DNA of 64,000 bases from an uncultured Fibrobacterota bacterium (GCA_963753345.1 CAVWBU010000024.1:256001-320000); one strand, 5' to 3'. Counted from the first letter of the stretch, positions 10,056 to 21,172 are shown. The notes: generated by a model not told the origin, from the letters alone. Program-made: numbers and translations.

Positions 10056-11900
10056 CACTTTAGCCGCAGGATTCTTATCAATCCCCAGCTTGCGTAATTT
10101 CCTAAAAAGTGTCGCCTTGTGGATGCCCAGCTTCCGCGCCGTCTTTATCTTGCTTCCGCCCATCTCGGCCAACACGCTCATGAGATACAGCTTTTCCAGT
10201 TCGTCGAAGTCCTTGACATGCGCAATCGCCTGCATTCCCGCCGTTGGCGCGCTCACCCGGAACTGCGAAGGCAGATGTGCCGTCCCTATCTCCGAGCCGT
10301 TGCAGAAAACGAACGCGTGCTCCATGGCGTTCTCCAGTTCGCGGATATTGCCGGGAAAATCGTATGAAAGGAGCGCGTTGAGCGCGTCTTGCGACAGGGT
10401 CTTGACGGCCTTGCTGTAGCGCGTGTTGAACCGCTCGATGAAGTGTTCACACAACAGGGGAATATCGCCCCGACGGTCGCGCAGCGGGGGCAACTTGACA
10501 AGAAGCACGTTGATGCGGTAAAAAAGGTCTTCTCGGAATTCCCCTTTCTTGACTTTTGCCAACAGCTCCCTGTTCGTCGCCGCGATGACGCGGATATCGA
10601 CTTTCGCCGATTCGGTGCCTCCGAGTGGCTCAAAGGTCTTGTCCTGCAGCACACGCAGAAGCTTTGCCTGCATGGCGCCCGTGATGTCGCCGATTTCGTC
10701 GAGGAAGACCGTCCCGCCGTTTGCGCGCGAGAAAATCCCCGGCTTGTCCTTCTTTGCGTCGGTAAAGGCCCCGGCCTTGTAGCCGAACAGCTCACTCTCC
10801 AGAAGATTATCCGGCAGGGCCGAACAATTAATGGCCACAAAGGGCTTGCTTTTTCGGGGACTCAGCTCGTGAATAGAACGCGCCACGAGCTCCTTGCCCG
10901 TGCCGGTTTCTCCGGTGACAAGTACCGTGGCGGGCGTCCGGGCCATAACCGGCAGAATGTCGAATATTTCCTTCATAAGCGGGCTGCGGCTCACCATGCT
11001 GTGAAAACTCGCCTTGTCCATCATCTCTTTCCGAAGGTTGGCAATGACATGCCGGGCCTCTTCGGTTTCCCGATGCGCCTGCCTGATGCGGGCCTCATCG
11101 GCCTTTCTCTTTTCGGTGGCGTCCTGCACCTGCACCAGAAAAAGCCTCGGAGCGTCTTCCTTGTTGTCAAGCGGGGTGACGTTCCAGAGGAAGAAGCGGT
11201 CCCCGGCTCCGGCGTTCCCGCCGCCGATGGATGTCACTGTTTCATGCTCGACGCTGTCTCCCGCGGCGAGCCGCTTGCGCTTTTCGTCGGGCAGGCCGGC
11301 CATCTCAAACAGAACAAAAGGTACATCGGACGGCTGCGCATGGCTGGGGATGCCGAAGAGTCCGCAGAACGCCGTGTTCATCTCGGTGAGCTTTCCGGTT
11401 CCGTCGCACAACGCTATGCCGATGGGCGACCACGAGACAATGCTCTTGAACCGCTTCTCGCTTTCCCTCAGTTTCCGTTCCGCGGTCACGCGGTCGGAGA
11501 TGTTGATGATGCACATGCGGATCCCCACGATGCCGGTGCCGCCGGCGATCGGAGAGGTGTTGACAAGCAGATGCAGCACAACGCCGTCTTTGCGCGTTAC
11601 CGTGTATTCGGAGGGGGTTCCAAAGTCGCCGTGACGGATATTGTGGATGTCCTTTTTTGCGCGTTCATGATCGGCCGGCGCGATAAGATCGAAGAGATGG
11701 ATACCGCGCCTGAAATCTTCCTGGGTGAGCAGAAACGTCTCAAGGCCCTTCATGTTCGTGTAAATCAACTTCATGTCGTTGTCCCACTCGCAGATGATGC
11801 CGGGCAGCAGCTGCGCCGTGTCGCGGAACCGGTTCTCGCTTGCCTGCAGCTCCCGCACCTTTTTCGCGAGCTCTTCTCGTGTCATTGCATCAATATTCAT
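10053..11900 (-). CDS. Sigma54-dependent enhancer-binding protein with two PAS domains and Fis-type HTH
   Basis: GETGTGKE Walker A, ESELFGY, GAFTDA, FLDEIG, FREDLFYR and FPGNIREL motifs; C-terminal HTH; N-terminal PAS. Confidence 0.95.
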   Translation of the reverse strand: MNIDAMTREELAKKVRELQASENRFRDTAQLLPGIICEWDNDMKLIYTNMKGLETFLLTQEDFRRGIHLFDLIAPADHERAKKDIHNIRHGDFGTPSEYTVTRKDGVVLHLLVNTSPIAGGTGIVGIRMCIINISDRVTAERKLRESEKRFKSIVSWSPIGIALCDGTGKLTEMNTAFCGLFGIPSHAQPSDVPFVLFEMAGLPDEKRKRLAAGDSVEHETVTSIGGGNAGAGDRFFLWNVTPLDNKEDAPRLFLVQVQDATEKRKADEARIRQAHRETEEARHVIANLRKEMMDKASFHSMVSRSPLMKEIFDILPVMARTPATVLVTGETGTGKELVARSIHELSPRKSKPFVAINCSALPDNLLESELFGYKAGAFTDAKKDKPGIFSRANGGTVFLDEIGDITGAMQAKLLRVLQDKTFEPLGGTESAKVDIRVIAATNRELLAKVKKGEFREDLFYRINVLLVKLPPLRDRRGDIPLLCEHFIERFNTRYSKAVKTLSQDALNALLSYDFPGNIRELENAMEHAFVFCNGSEIGTAHLPSQFRVSAPTAGMQAIAHVKDFDELEKLYLMSVLAEMGGSKIKTARKLGIHKATLFRKLRKLGIDKNPAAKV

Positions 11901-12090
11901 GGTTTCTCCTCACCGGGTGGTTATTTCCTAATATAGAATTTCACTTGCGATTTGACAAGTTTGCCGGAACGCCGGTTGTTCCACCTGCTGCGGCCTTCTA
12001 GTATTTTGGTGGGCGAAACACGGCTTGAGGTCGCTTGGGCCGGATGGTGCAACCACCGCGGGTTTGCGGAAGCTCCCGTCACAATCCGCA

Positions 12091-13008
12091 ATGACCAAAC
12101 GTCAACAGCAATTCTCTATCCCCTTGAAACCCTTCAAGCGCACCTATGTCGAAATCACCAACGCGTGCAACCTCGCGTGCACGTTCTGTCCGGGAACGGC
12201 CAGGCGCATCGAGTTCATGAGCACCGGAATGTTCGACGGAGTCCTTGCGGCGCTCGGCGGGCATTGCACGCACCTGTACCTGCACGTTCTCGGCGAGCCG
12301 CTCCTTCACCCCGCGCTGCCGGAGCTCCTCGACAGCGCGCACCAGCACGGGAAGCTTGTCAACCTCACCACCAACGGGCTTCTCATTGGTAAAGCAGGTG
12401 CATCCATTGCGGGGAAACCTGCGCTTCGGCAGGTGACCTTCTCCCTGCACAGCTTCGCGCCCGGCCGCAGCGCCGCCTCGGCCGAAGCCTATCTCACCCC
12501 GATCCTCGATTTCGCCCGCAATGCCTCAGCGGCGCACCTGATATGCCTGCGACTGTGGGACGCCGCCGATTCCAGCGACACCGGCAGCCGCGAATCCATG
12601 CTTTCCATCATTGCCAACGCGTTTTGTCTGCCGCCCGCGCTCCGCAATGACCTTAAAAGGTCTGCTGCGGTGCGCCTTGACAAAAACATATTCCTCAATA
12701 CCATGCAACGGTTCGCCTGGCCCAATATGAACGGCCCCGATTTTGGCAAAAGCGGCTTCTGCCTTGCACTGCGCGAACAGATTGCGATATTGGTCGACGG
12801 CACGGTGGTGCCGTGCTGCCTTGACAGCAACGGAACCCTCGCGCTTGGAAATATTTGCTCGCTGCCTGTCGCCGATATCCTCGCGTCGGACAGCGCGCGG
12901 CGAATTCACGACGGCTTTTCGCGGCGAACGGCGGTTGAACCATTATGCAGGCACTGCTCGTATCGGCTGAGATTCGGAAGTAACGGCAAAGTCATCCATG
13001 ACGAATGA
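12091..13008 (+). CDS. Radical SAM protein with SPASM/twitch domain
   Basis: CNLACTFC motif, GEPLLHP, TTNG; C-terminal VVPCCLD...LCRHC. Confidence 0.9.
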   Translation: MTKRQQQFSIPLKPFKRTYVEITNACNLACTFCPGTARRIEFMSTGMFDGVLAALGGHCTHLYLHVLGEPLLHPALPELLDSAHQHGKLVNLTTNGLLIGKAGASIAGKPALRQVTFSLHSFAPGRSAASAEAYLTPILDFARNASAAHLICLRLWDAADSSDTGSRESMLSIIANAFCLPPALRNDLKRSAAVRLDKNIFLNTMQRFAWPNMNGPDFGKSGFCLALREQIAILVDGTVVPCCLDSNGTLALGNICSLPVADILASDSARRIHDGFSRRTAVEPLCRHCSYRLRFGSNGKVIHDE

Positions 13009-13138
13009 CGGAATATTTTTGTATTGTACGCCGGTCTTTTTCCGAGATCATCTAGCGGCAAGCGCGGCGACTTTCTTTACCGCCGGCGGAGCAATTGTTT
13101 CGTCATGAGATTTATTGTTGAGGCTTTTGTTGACTTGA

Positions 13139-15037
13139 TTATACTTCGTCAAGTCTGATAATTGCATACGGGCGGAGTACAATCCGTAAAATACCATCTC
13201 GAACTGCCACCTTTCTTCCTCGCTCCTGCCGAAATTCAAGCGGCCGCCTGCAGGCGCGCGCAAACGACTTCTCGTCGAGTGTCCGCGCGGCGAGCCCGTT
13301 CGGCATCCTGCAAAGAACTGCTTTTCGAGACGCGGACGCGAGGTTGGCAATAAGGAAACACCTGCGGCCGCCGTTTTCGAGCACGCATCCGTCAATACCC
13401 GCGCCCGTCCGCGTAGCAAGCGGCCGCAGCCGGCCGCCGGCGAACTCCCCAAAGTCCGCAAACACATGGTACATCGGAAACACGCGGCGACCGCCGGGCT
13501 CCATGATGCCGCAATCGCCGCTTGTCTCGAAATACGTTATGCCTGCGGCGCCGCCCCTGGCCGACCGGATGATGCTTCCCAACGTCCACACGGCTCCCAG
13601 CAGCGATTTCTGGCGCGGATCGGGCCCGTGGTCCTTGCGGGGCGCGAGCGGATTGAGCCTTGGCCGCAGGGTGATGGGCGTCACAAAGATCTTTTTTCCC
13701 GGGAACCGAGCGCGTGCGGTCCGGAGAACGTGAGACTGTCCCTCCAGATTGAATAGTATCGCCTCATCATCGAAGGTGTGCACCTGCGGATTGACTGAAT
13801 AGCAAACTCCCTCCGCTCCGCGCAATGCAGGTTTGTTCCTGTTGATTTCCACAAAGTTGCCGTCTGTTCCGGATATCATCTCTGTTTGATCGAACAGCCG
13901 CGGTGCACCGGCATAAAATGCTCCACGGGTCTCCTGCGACGTTACTTTTTCCCCCGATCGGAACACGAGGCATCGCTTCACGGGAACGTGGAGTCCGTCA
14001 ATCATGTCGGCGAGGCGCCCTGCATCCTTCACGATTGAGTGCGGACCACCTCCGAAAGAGAGCGCCAGTTCCAGAGAACAACCAAAGACAGCCGCGCTCC
14101 CGGCGGCACGTGATACTGTTTGCAAAGCCTTCCGATCATCAAACCTGAAATCTGATCTGACATGCGAGAACCCGCAGGCGCGGACGAGCTCCGCTTCACG
14201 CGCAGGAATCGTTCGAACCGCATCGCAAAGGGCGGTCCCGATTTCGGGGATCGGGCATGATCGTCTGGAAAATTCCAGAGCGTCATCCCGGTGCGGAAGA
14301 GAAAACGGCCTCGGTTTTGTTTTTGACGTCAGGCGGACAAGTATCCGCTGCGAAAACCGGGCACCTTTCTTTACCCTGAAAGGAATGTTGTCGGCGAGCG
14401 GCGGACAATACACCTTGAACGAGGCATCGGTCCAGTTCCGCTGGTCCTCCATTTCGAACGTGTCGCCTTCAAACCGAATCTCCGACGAGACTCCTCCCGC
14501 AAACGTCAGGACCAGAGCACGCATGTTTGCAAACGGCTGATGCGGGCTTATTGTTTCGCCGGGAAACCGCGCCCTGATTCGCGTTCCGTCAACCTTTTCG
14601 ACCCCGCACGGTTTCCCCAGGCACCCTTCGAGCGGCAGCAGCACGCAGAAACCAATCCTGTTCGTCTCAAAAGATAATCGCGCAGTCCCGTCAAGGGAGA
14701 AGGAAACAGCGCCGGTTTCCAAGCCTTCAATTGACGCATGCCACACAAAGTCGATGCCGTCGCGCCGGTGGATGCAGTCGAACCGTATTGAGAACGAATT
14801 CCGGCCGCGTCTTATGCGGAGGTTTGCAACAGCGGGCCGCACCGTGTTCCAGTATTTGTCGCGCACCGCAACATACATCCGCCGCACAAGTTCCAAATCG
14901 CCCGCCAGGAAATTCCGGAGTTCTCCATCGCTGTACAAAAGCGACAGATGGCCTGCTCGCAGCAAGACCGGTTGCCGCAGCGGCTTCGAGCTTCCGCGGA
15001 GCGCGACGTTCTTCTTGGATTCGGAGGCGTGCCTCAT
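13139..15037 (-). CDS. D-apionate lactonase (ApnL)-like protein
   Basis: LRAGHLSL...AVRDKYWNT, NRIGFCVL, ISPHQPF, FEMEDQRNWTDASFK and NPQVH motifs recalled from the ApnL family; start uncertain (15037 or 15091). Confidence 0.6.
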   Translation of the reverse strand: MRHASESKKNVALRGSSKPLRQPVLLRAGHLSLLYSDGELRNFLAGDLELVRRMYVAVRDKYWNTVRPAVANLRIRRGRNSFSIRFDCIHRRDGIDFVWHASIEGLETGAVSFSLDGTARLSFETNRIGFCVLLPLEGCLGKPCGVEKVDGTRIRARFPGETISPHQPFANMRALVLTFAGGVSSEIRFEGDTFEMEDQRNWTDASFKVYCPPLADNIPFRVKKGARFSQRILVRLTSKTKPRPFSLPHRDDALEFSRRSCPIPEIGTALCDAVRTIPAREAELVRACGFSHVRSDFRFDDRKALQTVSRAAGSAAVFGCSLELALSFGGGPHSIVKDAGRLADMIDGLHVPVKRCLVFRSGEKVTSQETRGAFYAGAPRLFDQTEMISGTDGNFVEINRNKPALRGAEGVCYSVNPQVHTFDDEAILFNLEGQSHVLRTARARFPGKKIFVTPITLRPRLNPLAPRKDHGPDPRQKSLLGAVWTLGSIIRSARGGAAGITYFETSGDCGIMEPGGRRVFPMYHVFADFGEFAGGRLRPLATRTGAGIDGCVLENGGRRCFLIANLASASRKAVLCRMPNGLAARTLDEKSFARACRRPLEFRQERGRKVAVRDGILRIVLRPYAIIRLDEV

Positions 15038-15148
15038 AAACAAGACCTTTGAAATGCCGGTTGCGCCATGTGTATAATTATAATATAGCAATGCGGAGCG
15101 CGGCGCTCAAAGACCTGCGCGGTATCACGCATCACCAAGGCACACACA

Positions 15149-16246
15149 ATGAACTTCCTTTTGAAGCTTGTCAGGACCCGGCTCAACCCTTTTATTGTGC
15201 TTTTTGCCATTGGTGTCGTGTACTTTGCCGTTCAGTCGTTCTTCCTGCTGGTGGTCAACGATGACGCAACCCTTTCCATTTCGGCCGTGCCCATTCTTTT
15301 TTCGGGGTGGTTCATGGGCCCCTGGTGGGCTGCCGGCGCCGGAGTGTGCATTTTTATCTATTTCTGTCTTATCAAGTTATTCTCCATGGGACTCGGCACC
15401 TGGATCGACCTTGCGGTGGGCGGCGGGTCAATAGCGATCTTCGCACTCATCGGAGCGGCCATCGGCAGGATGGAGCAGCTCAACAGGCTCCTTCAAGAGC
15501 AGCTTGCGGCACGAAAAATCGCGGAGCAGGCCCTCGAATCCCGCACGCAGCAACTTGCCCGCTCAAATAAAGAACTCGAGCAATTCGCGTATATCGCCTC
15601 GCACGACCTGCAGGAGCCGCTCAGAAAAATCTCCGCATTCGGGTCAAGGCTTGCCTCCAAGTACACGGCCGTCATCGACGACCAGGGCAAGGACTACCTC
15701 GCGAGGATGCAGAACGCGGCTGTCCGCATGCAGGGGCTTATCGAAGGCCTGCTCACCTATTCGCGGGTCACCACAAAGGCGCAGCCGTTCTCTCCCGTCG
15801 ATCTGTTTGCCATCCTCACCGAAGTGCTCGGCGACCTCGAGACCAAGATCAAGGACACCGGCGCGGACGTTCGGTGCGACGTAAACGCAACCATCGACGC
15901 AGACCCTTTGCAGATGAGGCAATTGTTCCAGAACCTCGTGGGCAACGCGCTCAAGTACCACGCGCCGGGCGTCTCGCCCGTCATTGACATACGCGTATCA
16001 ACCGCAAACGGCCTTTGTTCCCTTACCGTTGCCGACAACGGAATCGGTTTTGAGCAGAAATACGCCGAACAGATCTTCGGCGTTTTCCAGCGGCTCCACG
16101 GCCGCTCGAGCGAATACGAAGGCTCGGGCATCGGGCTGTCGGTGTGCAGGAAGATCGCCGAGCGCCACGGCGGGAGCATCAGCGCACAGTCGGAGCCGGG
16201 CAAGGGTGCGACGTTCACCGTCGTGCTCCCCGCCAAACAGGCCTGA
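15149..16246 (+). CDS. Membrane sensor histidine kinase
   Basis: N-terminal TM helices; ASHDLQEPLR H-box, NLVGNALKY, DNGIG, GSGIGL. Confidence 0.95.
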   Translation: MNFLLKLVRTRLNPFIVLFAIGVVYFAVQSFFLLVVNDDATLSISAVPILFSGWFMGPWWAAGAGVCIFIYFCLIKLFSMGLGTWIDLAVGGGSIAIFALIGAAIGRMEQLNRLLQEQLAARKIAEQALESRTQQLARSNKELEQFAYIASHDLQEPLRKISAFGSRLASKYTAVIDDQGKDYLARMQNAAVRMQGLIEGLLTYSRVTTKAQPFSPVDLFAILTEVLGDLETKIKDTGADVRCDVNATIDADPLQMRQLFQNLVGNALKYHAPGVSPVIDIRVSTANGLCSLTVADNGIGFEQKYAEQIFGVFQRLHGRSSEYEGSGIGLSVCRKIAERHGGSISAQSEPGKGATFTVVLPAKQA

Positions 16247-16332
16247 GGCGGCTTGGCCGTTTCCTTTCCGCAGATGATAAGGTATATTCTTGGCTGAACG
16301 CTCCGGCCAAAATTTTTCGCAAGGAGTTCTCC

Positions 16333-16785
16333 ATGAACCAGAAGAAAAATTCCGTGGTGATCCTCATGGCCGACGACGACGAAGACGACCGCCTCATGGC
16401 GAAAGAGGCGTTTAACGAAGTCAAACTCATCAACCACTTCCACATGGTGGAGAACGGCGAGGAGCTCATGGACTACCTGCGGCGCAAGGGGAAATACGCC
16501 GATCCCGCCGTCTCGCCCCGGCCAGGGCTCATCCTCCTCGACCTCAACATGCCAAGGAAAGACGGCCGCCAGGCACTCGCGGAAATCAAGGCGGACCCCT
16601 CGCTGCGCCAGATCCCCATTGTGGTGCTCACCACGTCCAAGGCCGAAGAGGACATTTTACGGTCCTACGATCTCGGCGTGAATTCGTTTATTGCAAAACC
16701 GGTGACGTTCGAGCAACTGGTCGTCATCATGAAGACGCTCACGAAGTACTGGTTCGAAATCGTGGAACTTCCGCCCCAAGGGTAG
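16333..16785 (+). CDS. Single-domain response regulator (Rcp1/CheY-like)
   Basis: ADDDEDD, LLDLNMPRKDG, VLTTS, KP; RBS AAGGAG. Confidence 0.95.
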   Translation: MNQKKNSVVILMADDDEDDRLMAKEAFNEVKLINHFHMVENGEELMDYLRRKGKYADPAVSPRPGLILLDLNMPRKDGRQALAEIKADPSLRQIPIVVLTTSKAEEDILRSYDLGVNSFIAKPVTFEQLVVIMKTLTKYWFEIVELPPQG

Positions 16786-16789
16786 GAGC

Positions 16790-17974
16790 ATGGCCCCAGC
16801 GTCCGCCATCCGCCTCTGCCTCGTCGACGACGATGAGGACTATTTTGTCATCACCCGTGACCTTCTGGCCGACATCCCTTCGTATAAATTCGCGATTACT
16901 TGGATAAACACCTTTGAGCGCGCCCTCGAAGAGATACCCCGGTCGTCTTTTGATGTCCTCGTGTTCGACTACAACCTCGGCGCAAAAAACGGGCTCGATC
17001 TCCTGCGGCAGGTGCTTGCGGCCGGGCTGCGCGCGCCCGTGATCATGCTTACCGGCCAGGGAGACCACACCATCGACCTGGAAGCGATGAAGTCCGGCGC
17101 CGCCGACTATCTTGTCAAAGGAAAAGTCGACGCGGTGCAGCTCGAACGGTCCATCAGGTACTGCATGGACCGCTTCGCGACCATGGAACAGCTCCGCGCC
17201 TCCCGCGACTCGCTCCGCCGGACCACGCAGCAGCTCGAAGCCGCGCTTGCAAAAATCAACGAGGAGCTCGAGACCGCCCGGCGCGTGCAGAAATCACTGC
17301 TGCCGCAGACCGTCGACACCTTTCGGGGCGTCGAATTTTCCGGCGTGTATCTGCCGAGCGGCATGGTCGGCGGCGATATGTACGACGTCGTCAGAATCGA
17401 CGACACGCACGTTGCGTTCCTCATCATCGACGTGTGCGGCCACGGCGTTCCTGCGGCGCTCATCACCGCCATGGCCAAAATCTCCTTTTCACGGTGCATC
17501 CTCAAGGATATTTCGCCAAAGTCAATTTTTGCCCAGGTGAACGCCGAGCTGTTCCGCTACATGCCCGAGGGAAGGTACGTGACCGCGTTTCTCGCCATTG
17601 TGGACCTCGAAAAGAAGGAACTGGCATTTTCCCGCGCCGGCCACCCACCCGCCCTGCTCGCCCGCGGCCCCGAAGTCGAGTACCTTTCCACCGGCGCTCC
17701 GCTCGTCGGCTGCTTCGCCGACAGCCAGTTCGAGGAGGCGACCACGCCCGTCGCGCCGGGCGACACCATCGCGCTCTACACCGACGGCATCGTGGAAAGC
17801 GTAAACGGTTCGAACGAACGCTATCCCATGTTGACACTGGAGAACATCATGCGCGGCGCCCGGGAAAAACCCGCGGCCGAGGTGAGCGCGGCGATAATCG
17901 ACTCCCTCAAAAAATTTACGGGGCCGGTCGCGCAGGACGATGATGTGACGGTGCTGGTGGTGAAGATTTTGTAG
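16790..17974 (+). CDS. Response regulator fused to SpoIIE/PP2C phosphatase
   Basis: REC domain, then VGGDMYD, DVCGHGVPAA, YTDGI, DDVT. Confidence 0.93.
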   Translation: MAPASAIRLCLVDDDEDYFVITRDLLADIPSYKFAITWINTFERALEEIPRSSFDVLVFDYNLGAKNGLDLLRQVLAAGLRAPVIMLTGQGDHTIDLEAMKSGAADYLVKGKVDAVQLERSIRYCMDRFATMEQLRASRDSLRRTTQQLEAALAKINEELETARRVQKSLLPQTVDTFRGVEFSGVYLPSGMVGGDMYDVVRIDDTHVAFLIIDVCGHGVPAALITAMAKISFSRCILKDISPKSIFAQVNAELFRYMPEGRYVTAFLAIVDLEKKELAFSRAGHPPALLARGPEVEYLSTGAPLVGCFADSQFEEATTPVAPGDTIALYTDGIVESVNGSNERYPMLTLENIMRGAREKPAAEVSAAIIDSLKKFTGPVAQDDDVTVLVVKIL

Positions 17975-18207
17975 GGGTATTCCTTGATGTAAAGCAAGAA
18001 GAGATATTGGAAAATGAGGGGCGGTTTGCGGAGATTGGGGCGGGAAACGATGCGGCGGTACGGCGGCGGAGATTCTGCATTCCGCAAGGTTCTACATCAA
18101 ACAACCTCTCAAAAACCCGCTATGCGTGCAACGATTACTGCCATCATCAATTGCGGTATCTGGTCTCTTATCTCGCCCTTTCCGCAGGAACACGGCAGCC
18201 AGCTTCA

Positions 18208-19443
18208 TCACGTATGATACTCCGCATTTATCCGGATATAATCGTACGTCAAATCGCAGGTATGCACCACTGCGCATTCTTTCCCCGTTCCAAGGTCTAT
18301 GTCGATTCGCACCACATCCGCGCGCATTTTCCTGCTGAGGTCCCCGGCATTAAAGGTAACGGGCCTGCCGTTTCTGAACACGCGCCTGCCGCACAGCGAC
18401 ACCGCAAGACGTTTCTGCGAAAAGGGTGCGCCGGAATACCCGACCGCGCACACGATGCGGCCCCAGTTGGGATCGTTGCCGAACAGCGCGGTCTTTACAA
18501 GATTGGAATTCGCAACCGCCTTGGCCGCTTTTTTCGCGTCCGCTTGCGTTGCCGCCCCGGACACGCATATTTCCACGCGCTTGGTGGCGCCCTCGCCGTC
18601 CGCCGCGATTTTCCTGCACAATGCATCGCTCACCAGGCGCAGGGACTCCTGAAACACGCTCGCCTGCCAGGCGCTCGTTACGGCCGATCCGGAAATGCCG
18701 TTTGCCAGCACGAGCACCATGTCGTTGGTCGAGGTGTCTCCGTCAACCGTCAGGTTGTTGAACGTCGTGTTAACGACCTTCTTGACAATTGTGTTGAGCA
18801 GCGTACGGTTGACGGCTGCGTCCGTCGTTATAAAGCAGAGCATGGTCGCCATGTCCGGGTGAATCATGCCCGATCCCTTTGCGCAGCCGCCGATCACATA
18901 GCGTCCGGCAGGAGTTTCAACCGAAACTGCGGCTTCTTTCCTTTTCGTATCCGTGGTGAGGATTGCGTCCGCAAACGCTCGGCCGCCCTGCGCGGAGGAA
19001 TCGATGCGACGGTAAAGAAGGGGAATGTTCTTTTCTATGAGACCCATGGGCAGAGCATGGCCGATGACGCCGGTGGACGCCACGAGCACCGATTGCGGCT
19101 TTGCGCCGGCCCGTTGCCCGACCAGCTCGGCAATCCTCTTTGTGTCCCGTTCGCCTTTGCCGCCGGTGCACGCATTGGCATTCCCGCTGTTCGCAAACAC
19201 GGCGCGCACCTGCGCGCTCGGGAGGATTCCTTCGCACCAGTCAACCGACGAGGCCCGCACCGCGTTCGTGGTAAACGCCCCCGCCGCGCTGCAAGGGGCC
19301 TCGCTTATCAGCAGACCGCAGTCCGGCCCCTTTGACATTTTGATGCCCGCGGCCGCCGCTGATGCGCAATACCCCTGCGCCGCCGTAATGCCGCCCGAAA
19401 CTTCGCGCACCCTTGCGTTCTCCAACAGCCTTGTCTTTCCCAT
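18208..19443 (-). CDS. argJ: Bifunctional glutamate N-acetyltransferase/amino-acid acetyltransferase
   Basis: NSGNANACTG, STGVIG, KGSGMIHPDMATML, DGDTSTND, DGEGATK, INAEY. Confidence 0.97.
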   Translation of the reverse strand: MGKTRLLENARVREVSGGITAAQGYCASAAAAGIKMSKGPDCGLLISEAPCSAAGAFTTNAVRASSVDWCEGILPSAQVRAVFANSGNANACTGGKGERDTKRIAELVGQRAGAKPQSVLVASTGVIGHALPMGLIEKNIPLLYRRIDSSAQGGRAFADAILTTDTKRKEAAVSVETPAGRYVIGGCAKGSGMIHPDMATMLCFITTDAAVNRTLLNTIVKKVVNTTFNNLTVDGDTSTNDMVLVLANGISGSAVTSAWQASVFQESLRLVSDALCRKIAADGEGATKRVEICVSGAATQADAKKAAKAVANSNLVKTALFGNDPNWGRIVCAVGYSGAPFSQKRLAVSLCGRRVFRNGRPVTFNAGDLSRKMRADVVRIDIDLGTGKECAVVHTCDLTYDYIRINAEYHT

Positions 19444-19551
19444 GTTTTCTCCATCTGCTTTTCACATCGTATTGACTGAGTGGGAGCATATAATATATTA
19501 TGAATACGGCGACCATGCCAAAATACAAGAACTGAAGAATTTGAAAAGGAC

Positions 19552-20709
19552 TTGCTCTTGAAAAATCCCATCGCGGCAATCCTCACGGTATTTCTGATTC
19601 TGTCAACAACCGCGGGGCAGACCGGCGAGCAAACCTATGTCATCAAGAAGGGCGACACCCTCTGGGACCTTGCCTTTAAATTTCTCGGCGATCCTTTCAA
19701 GTGGTCTCAACTCTGGCACCAGAACCAGTATATTTCCAATCCCAATCTGATCTACCCGGGAAAATCTCTTATCATCGGCGGCAGCAGCGGACAGGACGCC
19801 CAAACAGGCATGGCAGGGGAAAACGGTGCACCTGCTGCTTCATCTTCGCCTGCGTCATCCCGGCAGGACGAGTTCTCCTCCGAGACAAAACAGGCATTGG
19901 CGCAATCCGAACAGCCGACTTCTTCGCAGTCCCTGGAAACCAGGGGCGCGAAAAAGGTCGAGGCCGACGCGTACGATTCTCTGTTCAAGGCCGCGATGCA
20001 TAGAAACAAGCACTTCACCTCTGATTTCCTTGAGAAAGTTGCATTTCTCTGGGACAAAAAAGATGAAAAAGGACTTGTATACCCCGGAAACGCCTCCCTG
20101 CAGAAAATGGCGAACCCAAAAGAATTGCTCACCAGGTACGAACGGGAGACGTATCAGCACTACGAGGAAGTTCTCATCGAGCCCATTTCAAAGACGCACT
20201 ACCGCCCGGGCGACACGGTCGATATCTTTCATTCCGAGGGGATCATGAAATACAGGGGAAACCCCGTGAATCTGGTCCACCGTGTTGCCAGAGGCTGCAT
20301 TCAATCCGTAGGTGACAAAAAGACAAGCGCCATCCTCTTCAAAATATGGGACATAGTACAAAACGGGGACAGAGTCGATACTGTGGCCCATTTCGCCAAC
20401 CTCGAGCTGGACACGCTTGTGGACCCGAACACTTCCATTAAGGGAACCGTTTTTCTGCGTGTTGAAAACACCGACCTTCCGTACCTATTTCAAACCTTTA
20501 TTCTCGACAAAGGCTCAAAGGACGGCGTGATGATCGGCGATGTGTTTGCGGTCCATGCAAAGAACGATCCCATTTTCGACAGACCTTCTGCCGTTGCCTG
20601 CGCGGTGCGCGTCGACGAGACCTCAAGCACGCTGGCCCTGGAGAAACTCGTAAGTTCGATCGGCGCCGGCGACACGGTTTCCCTCGTGAAGCGGATCCGG
20701 TTCAAATAG
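19552..20709 (+). CDS. LysM peptidoglycan-binding domain protein
   Basis: Signal peptide, then YVIKKGDTLWDLA...NPNLIYPG. Confidence 0.88.
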   Translation: MLLKNPIAAILTVFLILSTTAGQTGEQTYVIKKGDTLWDLAFKFLGDPFKWSQLWHQNQYISNPNLIYPGKSLIIGGSSGQDAQTGMAGENGAPAASSSPASSRQDEFSSETKQALAQSEQPTSSQSLETRGAKKVEADAYDSLFKAAMHRNKHFTSDFLEKVAFLWDKKDEKGLVYPGNASLQKMANPKELLTRYERETYQHYEEVLIEPISKTHYRPGDTVDIFHSEGIMKYRGNPVNLVHRVARGCIQSVGDKKTSAILFKIWDIVQNGDRVDTVAHFANLELDTLVDPNTSIKGTVFLRVENTDLPYLFQTFILDKGSKDGVMIGDVFAVHAKNDPIFDRPSAVACAVRVDETSSTLALEKLVSSIGAGDTVSLVKRIRFK

Positions 20710-20716
20710 AAAACAG

Positions 20717-20941
20717 GTGGGAATAGTGGCCAGATTCTTTCTCCGTCTCGGCGGAGTGCTGTTTTTCAACAAACACCGCAAGAGTGTCCGCAGCAGCGTT
20801 ATTCTTCTGCTCACGAACCTTCTTCTTTTGGCCGGCATCATCTTTACCGTTGAAATAGTCCTCATTTTTCTGGGCATCGGGAATGTGTTCGTGCCCATGA
20901 CCAGCGCCGCGTGGGATTTTCTCACCAAGCTTGTATATTGA
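20717..20941 (+). CDS. Small membrane protein
   Basis: GTG start just after the LysM gene stop; long hydrophobic segment. Confidence 0.5.
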   Translation: MGIVARFFLRLGGVLFFNKHRKSVRSSVILLLTNLLLLAGIIFTVEIVLIFLGIGNVFVPMTSAAWDFLTKLVY

Positions 20942-21172
20942 CGTCCGCGCATCTGCGCTCATCCGATTTTTTTCCGCTTCGACATCCTCGCACTTCGGCA
21001 GCCCCGCTCGACATGAATCCAAGGCAGCCTTCGTGGCTGACTGATTGCACTTTTTACGGATAGAAACTATTTTGGAAACAGGTTCAAGAGCCCGGCGTCC
21101 TGGGCAGTGGGCTTTGCACGTGAGCGTCGAAAACCAAACAATCCCGTCACCCGCACTGCGAGGGAAATATCC

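Noticed and set aside
10389-11936. Long antisense ORFs (also 18007-19335, 26902-27933, 41204-42343, 43905-45572, 52812-54119)
   Set aside because: Shadow frames of well-supported genes in GC-rich DNA, with no recognisable motifs.
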